DNA from: Lingula anatina
Taxonomy: Eukaryota > Animalia > Brachiopoda
Direction: 5' to 3'
Length of the DNA: 64,000 nt
Assembly (NCBI GenBank): GCA_051362555.1
Contig: CM120640.1
Location: 58,630,788 to 58,694,787 of the forward strand
Every line of letters begins with the position of its first letter. The first letter of the stretch is position 1. The translations under genes were made by a program, and so were the position numbers. Shown here piece after piece: positions 11,249 to 22,678 of the stretch. The notes under the pieces are model-generated. The model had not been told where the DNA came from and ran no database searches. It worked only from the letters and a program-made list of their open reading frames with translations.

Positions 11249-14200
11249 AATAAAAAATAATCCACTCTATGATAGAACATGAATTCAATATATATATATA
11301 TGATTAACTTGACACTCCAGTCTAAGTTCTGGTAGAAATAGAATTATACCTTTAAGTTCTGGAAGGTTTGAGCAACAGAGCATACAACAGTGATTAGATT
11401 ACTCACTACAATTTATGTATGGCAGAAATAACATATGCATTCATGAGCATTGATCTGGTCTGGTAAGGTTTGTCCTTTGATCACATTCACTTTCACCCTG
11501 CCTTCCAATATCAAGCTGAGCTATAATAGTATGAAGAACAGATATGGCAACAGGCCAGATAAACAGGAAATCAATAGAAATGCTTCATAAACTTGGAAAG
11601 AGTGTAGGCATGTGAAAAACAGAGCAGACACTCATTGTACACTACAAAGTAGTTATTGATTCTTCAGGAACATCATATTAAATGGGCCCACACAGTATGT
11701 TTCAGTGAAACTCACTGTGGCTACAGGAATATGAACCACATGAATTAGTCAGCAGGTTGAATGCATTATTGCAGTCATATTCTTATACAGATATATATAT
11801 ATACTTTGATGTCAACTATTTTTTTGATTCTGTTTACTGTGAAATATGGAACATTTGGATGAAAATAAATAAAGAAGTGTATGTTCTTGGTCATAGAATT
11901 ACACCTACATACTTGCCTAATGTGCGTCTAGTTTAAGATTCAATTCTTGTCTACAGTTTTTCATGTGTTGTCATTAATACTATGCCACAACAGTGCACAT
12001 ATATTTCTAAATCTAGATATAATAGATTCAGCTTTGTATTGGTCCTGAACTACAATTGTCTACGCATTTCGAGAATATTATGAAATTCAATAAAATTTTG
12101 AAATAAAGGAACATTTGAACAAACTGTTCATTATTTCAGGAATATGTTAGAACAGCTAAAAATGGCCAAGATGCTGCTAGGGCAGACAGAAAACCAAGAC
12201 GTCTCCCTCAAATTCCACCATCTCTGTCAGGTGAAGATGAATTCCAGGCAGTGTCCAATGGGACTGTACCAGAGTCGCAAAGTGAAAGGCATGATCTTCA
12301 TTTGCCTCAGCATAAAGGTACTAATATATGTGGAGTGGATTGAATTATTATGCTCTAAAAAAAGCAATTTGTGTGTTTTTTAAAAAAGAAAAGGGGATGT
12401 ATAGTCAAGGCTTGCATTAATAATTTTAGACCTTATGTTGGTTTTCTTTCTCTTTTTATGTAAAGACACAGATGTGTTGCCACCTTCATAACTGTGCACT
12501 TACAGTGATAACACGATAAGTGGAAAACCATTAAAATTTAGTAAGATTCATCACTTCTGTGTGTTTTAAAACAAAACATTTAAGTTAAATGTTTTGTTTT
12601 AAAACTCACAGAAGTGATGAATCTTACTAAAATACAGATCAAATTCAAAAATCAGCTTGACCGGACTGTTTTTACAAAAGTTATGCTGTTTTTTTCCTTT
12701 TTTTAGCATATATGCAACACTAATAACACACTTCAAGGAAAACCGATAAGCCTATTGTCTTGAAATGCAGAAATCTTACTAAAATGCAGGCCCAGTTCAA
12801 AATCGACTTGATGGGTTCAATTTTGATGAAGTTGTGCCCTTGCATTTAGTGGTTTTTCCTCGGATTCAATTCTTAGGCATGTTAGCAGTCTCATTATTGA
12901 ACTAACTAGATATGTAAGTGTTCTTTTGATATATTTTCTGCATCTTTACAATATTGTTAATTGATGATATAAAATGATGGTAAACCTGTTATCATGTATC
13001 AAAGATGGAAATATGCTGTTACTCAAATCAGTACAGTTTGTCAGATTCAATCATTCACTATGTTCAGAATCTTAGAATATAATAATTTGGGCATTTAAAA
13101 CTATTCTATTGATATTTTTCCCATCTCAACAATTTTCTTAGTTGATCCTATAACAATGACAGCAAATTGATTATTTTGTTTTTTGTAAAAAAAAAAAGTG
13201 TTGAAAATGGAAAAAACTCATTTCAGTACAGTTATCTCTTGTTTACGTTTTGGCGTTTTCAAGGTGTGACTTAGGCCTAAAGACCTTTGCTAGTCACATT
13301 TTATAAATATCCATGTTACCTGTAATTAATGCATAATTAAAGATTGATGGTGATTATGCTGTTAAGCATTATGTAAGACCCCATTCAGAATAGGGGACTT
13401 ACTAGTCTGAGTGTCAAATATGGTGACCTACTACAAAGCTTGCCATCTAATCCGCTAATAGACACTGCATACGGTAAAGTGCCATGAATTTCGAACGGCT
13501 CTTGAATTTCGAACGATCTTAAAATCGGCCGTCTGGAGTTTTTTCTGGACCATGAATTTCGGCCAGTAAGCAATTTTGCGCGATCTTGATTTCGTGAATT
13601 TCGTACACCTTAAAATCGGCCACCGGGCTATTCTCGCGCTTGTAAAGATCTAACAGTCGGCAATGTTGCCCTAGCGTACCTTTACCTGAGTACTACGTGT
13701 GCGGCCCAAGGTGCAAGATAACGATCAGTACAGTTAGTTTAGGACGCTAAACAACATCGTCATATCCATTCATTCAGATAACAGGAGAATCTATTAAGAG
13801 TTGTACTGTCGGGCTGTTGTTTCTTTACCGCAGTATTCGGTGTGAGATAGCGATCGGTAGTTTTGCTGAGGCGCACAATAGCATTGTTAACAGTAGAGAC
13901 TTCAGTAACAGAACAAAAGAGCAATATTAAGAGCTGCAATAAAGATTACCATTATTGCTTTCTTGTCTCGCTCAGATCGTTCACGATCTCCCGCTGACGA
14001 TCTTCCGCTAATGAGGTCCCTTGAAATGTACAAATGAAATGAAAAATATTTTTAAAAATTATAAATTCCGATGGGGAGGGATGGAGGGTTAAAAACAATC
14101 GAGAACGATCTCCGGCTACGATCTGCCGCAAACGAAAGCCACTGAACGAGTATGAGCTTTCTCGTTTCACTCGGATTGCGACGCTGATGATACGAAAATT

Positions 14201-17200
14201 GCGTTCTCGTCTCGCCCTTTGGCTTACGAAGTCTCTTTAACTAATATGAAAATTGCCTCCTGGTCTCTCTCGGATTGCGAACGATCTCTCGCTGAAAATT
14301 TGAAATTTTCCTTTTTGTCAATCAGCTTTGTCAGTTGCCGTGCCTATGAAGGTCCGGAAGGTGTCCCCTTTCACAAATTGGCCTGTAGTTTGCTTAGTGT
14401 TTTGTACCGCATGAAGGTCACTCTTGTCACTGCTGCATACGGCGTGGAATGTGTATCTTAAGGTTCATAGAAACATTTTATTGTGTTTTGTAAGCTTTAG
14501 GAAGTAGTTTCGTCGTGACTGAATATCAGCGTACACTACAAAGTAGTGCCATTCATCTGTGACGCATCATAAAAGCTAGGTACGTCAAATTACTCTAAGA
14601 AAATTTCTTACAACGTCCACGGCTGTCCCGACAAGCCAAGATGTCATTTAAAAAAAAAGTCGCAAGCCGTCTAGCCGTCTTTGAAAATATAGGCCGTCCG
14701 GTGATGTCAGTGGCCGTCCAAATGACGGCTGGACGGTTCGCTGGGAAAAGCCTTGCTCATAAGGGTATATTTATTTAACTAGGGGCTTACTGACATCACC
14801 CAGCTTACATGCGGGTGCATGCCTCCCAAAATTATATTAAAGGATAAAATTGTAATATATCTAAGTATAATTGTTTGTAAATTTTGTAAAAATTGCCCAT
14901 GCCACCCCGTTAGTTTGGAGGGTTAAGCTGGATCAAGTCCGTGTCAAAATTCTTTGAAACTTTGCAGGAAAAATCAATCTTCCTTTGTTTCTCTGGCTCC
15001 TTGTTTATCCCGATGATCAGATTTATCTAGTGCCCCCAGGTCTGCTGGAGCAGCTCTTTGAAATAATACACAGGTAGATTTTTATCTGAGATAAATATCG
15101 CGTTCGATACACTCAAGACAAAAGCTACCTGTGAGATGAAGGGCACTTTACCCTCTAATTAAGAGGTAAAGCAAGTTCCAGCTAGATGGACGATTAAGAT
15201 CGGACTTCAGATGGTAACTAGTATTGTTTACCTCAGTTCTGTGAAAGCTAACGAGAAGGGTGTCAGAACAATGGTGCATATATAAATTATACAGAGAATT
15301 TGTACATTCAGGTGACATTAACTTATAATCGACGTGGATTTTCGATAATATTCCTTGAAAAGTACACTAGATTTATAGAGAATAATATCATGGTTGGCCA
15401 AAAAATTATATACGCACAGTGTATCCGTGCGTATGTCTGGTTACGCCCCTGTCGCAAACCAGCAAACCATATCCTGCTGACTACATGAAAATTGCCTTCT
15501 AGCATGGACAAAAAGTCCAAGCTTCTATGCTTGCTCGGATCGCTGACGATCTCTTGCTGACGAATATAGTAACGAAGTCCCTTGAACTAGTGTGGAAATT
15601 GGCTTATTATCACGCTCAGATCGCTCACTATCTCCCATTGACGATCTTCCAGTCCCTTGAACGAATATAAAAACTGCCTTTTCGGTTTACTCTAGATTAC
15701 CTATCTCTCGCGTTTGTTTGAAGATGACAAAAGAAGATGACAAAAACGGCCCTGCCCCCCCCCCCCCCGCCCCCCCCCCAAACCTAGTGTATTTGATCGC
15801 AGACAACAATCAGCGGTCATCTTGGTCGCAGCGCACGACGGAGAGAGACCGTAATACACAGATCGGCTGCCGTGGCGAAGGCTACCTGTGCGCCGCACAT
15901 ACCGATCTGCGGTCGTAGTGGCCTCCCCGCACGGAGGAGAGGCCGTAGTGCCGAGGCCGGCTTCTGCAGGGAAGGCTACGTATGCGTCGGAGACACCGAC
16001 CCGCAAACGGCGAGATGAGGACGCATTCGCGCGTAAAGTTCCGCCCGACTTTAACGGTAAAGGCAACGAACCTGGTCGCGGAAGACACTTATCGCAGATG
16101 AAGGCTACCTGCACGTGCGCCATAGACACTGATCGGCTGTCGTCTCGGTTTCAGTGCACGGAAAGGAGCAACGGTAACACTAAGCTTCCATAGTAAAGGT
16201 TATCTGGCCGTGGCAGACGCTAATCGTCGGCCGTCTCTCCCTCCGTCCACTCCCGTTCTGAGCGCCAGGATCGTTTTTGAAAAACGACACTAGTTTCTGG
16301 CTGCCAGAATCGCTTTTGAAAAACGACACTACTGATGACGATGCTGTTTTGCGGCCCTAGACAAGAGTACCGCTCTATCTATGGGCCATACACAAAGATC
16401 GGGTGAAAGTACGTGTATACCTTTGGTCGCAATTATCGACACTCACACATCATGCATTATGGTAACTCTAAATAGATCGTCGGGAGAAGATAACAGAATG
16501 TCTAGCGACGAACAGACAACTTCCGGTCAAAATTGACAGAATTCCATGAAATTCGAACTTTCAGGAGTTCTGAGCACCTCCTTTTCATGAATTTCGGCCA
16601 GAACGATCTTTTCCCAAATTTAATTATTTTTTACTGTTCGAAATTCATGGCACATTACCGTAGTTATCTCATGGGGAAGTATTCAAGTGGGTCGGCCATA
16701 TTTGACCCTCACAGTGTTTGACCTTCATTTGAATTAGCACAGGCCAATTTGGCCAGTGAGTTTTGAAAGTTGCAGGCCAAATTGAAAATGTACAAGCCAG
16801 ACTTTGGCCTTTTTTATTAAGAAGTTACAAGCCAAATATTCAAAGTGCAGGCAATGTGTAATGACTGATGATTGAGATGTTATCAGGTACCAATGCTGCA
16901 TAGTTGGTTATAAGTCATATGCCAGGGTTGGAAACTCCTCCTAAAATTCAACCAGACAGCAGGACAGGTTACTCTTGAAAGTTACCTGTCCTACCATAAA
17001 CCAACCTGTCCTCATAAAATCGAGAGAATTATGATAATAATGTGCATGTATGACTAAATTTAATAATTCAAGACATTTTTGAATGTTGTTTTCTTTCAAA
17101 CTTCATAAATAAAACTCATAATACCAGTGCTGTCTTGATACCAAAGAATCAAATTTATTTTTATATTCAGTTATGGTCTGACCCCCCACCCATACATCAT

Positions 17201-17205
17201 GGATT

Positions 17206-17249
<44 letters not shown>

Positions 17250-20200
17250 ATAATAATAATAAAATAAATAAATAAAATAAAATAAAATAATAAATATATA
17301 TATGCACCATGCCAAATATCTATTAATACAAAATTATAGCAAAACCATTTGACAGAAACAAAATGCACCACAGTCAATACAGTCAGTACTGAAGAACAAG
17401 TATTTTAATTTAACTGAAGTATCTACATCACTGCAAATTTTCATGAAAGGAGCATTAAAATTCAAAACTGAACTATCAAATCATTGGCATGGTAAGCAGT
17501 AGCAGCTTGCAAGTAAAACAGTATCAGTTTGGTGAATAAAATTGATGAATGTCAACTGCAAGTCACAGTGCCTGTCCTGATATATGAAAACCTCACTTGA
17601 CCAAAGATCAAGTCATTCTGTTTGAATCTTCAAAATGTTAATTGAAAAAAAAAAAAACTGCATTTACTCATGAGATTTTTGCTAAATGAATTCCTTTAAT
17701 CATCTCCACCAGATTCACTGTAGTCATTATCATCCCTCTCTTCCATATCTGAAAATCCGACTCGTAGCCCGAGTCAATAGATTTTGATGGTTGCTCACTT
17801 GGCACCTGAACGCTGGTGCCCTCCCTTTTACCCTGCTCCACATCAACAATAATCTCCTCAAAGTGGTCAACAGCAGATTTGGGCTTGCATCTTTCCATGA
17901 AAGTTGGCCTTCTTGCCCCAGTGCTCCACTGAGTTTTTGCTGGTTTGGGGACAAGTTCTTGAATTGTGCTTGAATGTAGCTGGATTGACATTAGCAGAAT
18001 CATAGATTATGCTTTCAACTTGTTTTTATATCGATTCTTGATTATTTTCAACTGGGAAAACCCACGTTCACACTCTGCTGTATCAGCAAGTGTGAAAAAA
18101 AGCATACGTTTGGATTTCCTTCATCATAAGGCATTTTAACTAGTACTATACAAAAATTTTTTTCAGTATTTAATAAAAATCTTTCTCCAATAAATTTACT
18201 GCATATTTTACCTGACTTAAATGGGTTACAAATGCCTGGTGACATTGGTAATATGATAAAGAAGACAATGTGGCAAACTAATGTAGCGTACATTTGAAAT
18301 TTCTACGTCTTTAGAAGCACCGACATGCAACGAAAGTTTCTTGGCCTTCCTGAAAAAAAACATGAAAAGCGACCAGCGACGGAGGTCCGTAAAGACTACG
18401 ACCAAAATAAGAGGCAGCGGACGATTGTTCCAAGTTGGAAAGCAGAGTTTAGTTGGCTGATATGTAACGAAAACCGTCAAATTTTATATCCTTTTATACC
18501 CGTTTATGGCCCGCTTTTGTCAAGGAAGAAATTTAACCGGTATAAAAATGGACCCTTCGTTAAAGGATGCAAAAATTTAAGGCATCGTGAATTTACGCTA
18601 CATTAGCTCACCATATTGTCTTCTTTATCATATTACCGATGTTACCTTGCATTTGATTGGCTTATTGCAGCGAATCTTCCCGCGACAAAAGTCGAGAGTA
18701 AGTCATTTAATGACATATCACTGACCTATATTCCTATATTTGGAATGTTCACGTGACTTATTGGTTTATCGCAGTGAAATTTTCCCGCGGTAAAAGTCGG
18801 AAGTACTCGATGTAATGACGTATCATTGACCTATTTTCCTATATTCAGAATGCTCATGTGATTTATATTGTAAACACTTATATATAAGTAAATGTGTGAA
18901 TCTCAAAATCAAGAAAGACGCGATGTTTCACGCTCAGATCTACTGACGACTTCAAAGTGCGGCCCGACCACAGGACGGTCTCCAAATTAATTTTACCCGT
19001 CCTCCATGAAATTAGACCGTCAAGGACGTTGGGACGGGCGGTTATTTCCAACTCTGCATATGCAAATAAAGATAAAATTTAAAACTGTTTTGGTCAATTG
19101 TTTAACTCATTTTAGGCTCTAAAAGCACTTGTTACAAGATAAATATTAAAATGAGCTTTAATTAAATATTATTAATATTACAACTAAACTCATGTGATAT
19201 TAAGGGTGAACTCTGTAGGTCGCTCTGACGGAGATGAAATTGGTGAATAGCTGTAAAGCTAATGAGATTGTTAAAATTTCAATTGTATCCGAGGTGAAAT
19301 ATAATTCGTTATATTGCATTACTGAATGGTATTGTATTGTATTAGCGCAATGTAGGTAATTCAAGTTCTCTAACCCTAAACACATTGCTAATCTTCGCGC
19401 ATTTGAAAACCTTTTTGCTCTGCTCGGAAAAAGATTTTAGAGAATGTCAAAAACATGCTTTGGGTTAGCATCAGTTCGTTTCTGCTTTGATTTTGTTTAC
19501 TCATCACTTCGCGCAAACGAAGGCTAGGGGCTTTCAAAATTGACAGTGAGACTGTGAATGCTTCATTACAGAATTCCTCAACATCAACCAATCACGATTA
19601 TTACTTATGAGAGTGATAATGAGGTTAGCAGTTAGGGGAGTTCCCTGAACTTCCCCGTAAATGTTGGCATGTCAATCGGACTTCTATTGAGTCTAAATTT
19701 TGCCGATACACTAATATAGAAAGTTGACATAAATATACTCGCCAAAATGGCGACTAGCATCATAAATTTCACATGCCAGATTGCTGGCGAGTGCGAGTGT
19801 CAAACGCTGCCCTCAGACTAGTTGGTCCCCTATTCTGTATGGGGCCTAATATTGTATCAAAATTGAAGGAATCCCTATTTTGGCCACTGCTGCCTAAGTG
19901 AACTTCCATGGGCCTGAAGACCTTTGCTAGTCACATTTTCTGCATGTTCATGATGATTTTATTAATACCACCAGCGTGTACACTGGCAGTACTTATGGTT
20001 TTAGTCCCAGCCTGTATCGTACGGCTCTGTCTGCTCCGCCAGCTCCGCAGGGTGGCATGGGATACAAGTCACCGTTACCGCTTCTCCTCCTAGACCGCAT
20101 GGGCCTGTGTGCCCATCTCTTGGATTTGGATCACATATAATCTCAACTTAAACCCCCCGGTTTTTTGTCTCAGTCGGTGCATTTGCCTGGGCGTGACGCT

Positions 20201-21866
20201 TGTTGAAACGCACACTTGTCAAAAATTTTGAAAATGCAATGCTAAATATCTCTCAAACTGAAGGAATTGTGGGAAAAATTAGTATAGAAGTCTGACCCAA
20301 AGTCATATGTTGAGATTCCAAATGTGCCCTTAGATTTAACCTTTGGCCCTTATTTCAAGGTCAAAGGGGCCAAATTTTTCTAAAAATGGGAATTTTTTGC
20401 AAAAATTTTCAGGAACAACACAGACCTAAGCACTCATATTATGGCGAGGGGATACAATTAGGGACTCCCTTCATCTTTGGGAGTTTGGGGTCAATCAGTG
20501 CATTTTCATGGGAGAAGCACCCATTAGCATGCTGAAACTGAAAACTCTCCCTAATTCTGGAACCATAAATGCTAGAGTCCTCTTGTATATTGCATTTTGT
20601 AGAGCTTGTCAAGCACAATTCTGGAAGTGGTGTCCATTTTTTGTTTGCGATATGGTTTAGGAATTGCGCTATATCAAAACGCACAACTTAGCAATATTCA
20701 ATGGTGAAAATAAAATGTGAAATACTCCTAAAGGTAGCAGAAATACACCATAGTTACTATTGAACTTGAATAGGAAGTCATATACTGGCAATCTAACTTT
20801 GACCATGAAATGGATTATCAGAGGCTCAAAGTTTGTATATTGCTGTACCTATTACTTTGTTAGTCATGGTGTTTGAACTGTGTTTAATTAGCATCTTTAA
20901 TGTTCCTCATGAATGTCATTTTTTATTTATAGCTAGTCCTATGTCCATATCAACCTCCTCAGAGAAATCCCTTGCTGAAGAAATATGGGATGCTGAGCAC
21001 CCCCAACCAAGTGACCGTACCCCTCTTCAGACACCGGAGACTTTTTCCCCCAACCTCCCCTTTTCTGATGAAGGAGAAGAAGAGTATGAAGAAAATCCCC
21101 ACTTCTTTCAAAGAGACAGAGCACTTACAGATGATATGCATTTGAAATTCAATACTACATCTGCAAATAACAAGGCATTTCTGAGTTTTGACAATGTTTA
21201 CCTGATGGAAGACTCATCACCAGAAGAGAAACCAAGAAAGAAACCAGCATCTCCGACTCAAAGATTGGGAAAGATGCCAGGTGTGGAGTCAAAAGGTAGT
21301 GTGAACAGTCAGAACATGTACACTCTAAATTGATATTTGGTGCACTTTTTTTCTGCGCAATGCCTGAACATTTGTCAGCTTTGCTGCCTTTTTTCCTGTA
21401 TGGTGTCTGTATGGTGTCTGTATATTTGCCAGCTTTGCTGTCAAGTATTATTATATATATATATTTACCAACAATTAATGAGACTTTTATTTTAGGTGCA
21501 ATATCGAGAAGCAGCTCATGTTTAAGTGACTTGTGCATAGAATCAACTCATAGGGGAGCTCACAAGTTTATACCTAGGCATAGTGATGAAATTGCAGTGG
21601 AGATTGGAGACCCCATATATGTAGAGGAAGAAGCAGATGACTTATGGTGTCATGGTATGTACACATTTCATCCACATTGCTGGAAAGCTTTTTTTAAGGC
21701 ATTTTCTGGAGTTCTATAATGAATGTTGCAATGTTTAATACACTTGTCATTCATACTTTTGGTGTAAAAATGGTGTAATGGAAACAAGGCTGTTTAGCAA
21801 GTAAGTTTGGTTTTAATTTTTTTTGCACCAAAAGCTATCAGATTTTGAAGTTTTTTAATTTGATTA

Positions 21867-21958
<92 letters not shown>

Positions 21959-22612
21959 TAATAAAAGTGATTAAGATTATTTCACTTTATTTCACTTTTC
22001 CAGCTGTAAATCTCAGAACTGGAAAAAGAGGCATTTTTCCATCAGCATATGTTTATGAAAAGAATCTCTTTCATGATGAGGAAACGGGTGAGTTCATTTG
22101 TTATATCTTATTGCCAATCTTTACTGAACCTGAGCTTCAGAGATAACTTGAAACAAACCTCTGCAGTATAGCATGCCCTTACTTGAAATGGCAAGGGTAT
22201 GCTATAGTGTTTCAAGTTATCTCTCAAGATCAGGGTGGCCAAAACTTGCTTTTAAACTAGTTTTATTTTTACTAATTTTGTAAGATAAATGATTATTATT
22301 TTGAATCCTTCAATTTCTATTACAGAGGAAGATAAGAACAGAGTTGATAAATTCATGCTGTATTTTCTGGGTTCCATCGAAGTGAATTTCCACAAGGGTC
22401 ATGATGTTTTGTGCCAAGCAATACATAAGGTAATCAGATGAAGCATTTATCAAATTGCAAATTATTTTTGATAGCTAACTTGTGTGTAGATCATGTAGAT
22501 CATGTAGATCATCTTCTTTTTGTGTTTTTTATGTTTAATATTTTCTTACTTGTGTTTATTCGGTATAGAATTTGGGTAATTTGAGATAAAGCATGATAAT
22601 TTGTCTTCTAAA

Positions 22613-22678
<66 letters not shown>

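Larger units (their letters stand above)
13377..19846. mobile_element. PIF/Harbinger-like element (TAA TSD) hosting two further transposons
   Basis: TAA|GACCCCATTCAGAATAGGGGACTTACTAGTCTGAG ... CTCAGACTAGTTGGTCCCCTATTCTGTATGGGGCC|TAA. Removing it restores gttaagcattatgTAAtattgtatcaaaatt, which matches the empty site at ~44529-44560. Confidence 0.8.
12453..19962 (+). mobile_element. HINE family 2 (Helentron-like) copy, split by nested insertions
   Basis: Starts TTTTTATGTAAAGACACAGATGTG (compare 43222). The body aligns to 43320-44560, is interrupted at a TAA (13374-13376) and resumes at 19847. Confidence 0.7.

Noticed and set aside
14700-14822. Possible extra nested ends (hAT-like ...GGGAAAAGCCTTG and a minus-strand Helitron hairpin+CTAG)
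   Set aside because: Only single ends were seen with no partner terminus, so boundaries cannot be supported.
15701-16193. Cluster of overlapping GC-rich ORFs in the Tc1/mariner-like element
   Set aside because: No DDE or HTH motifs were recognised. Open frames on both strands are expected from the high GC content.
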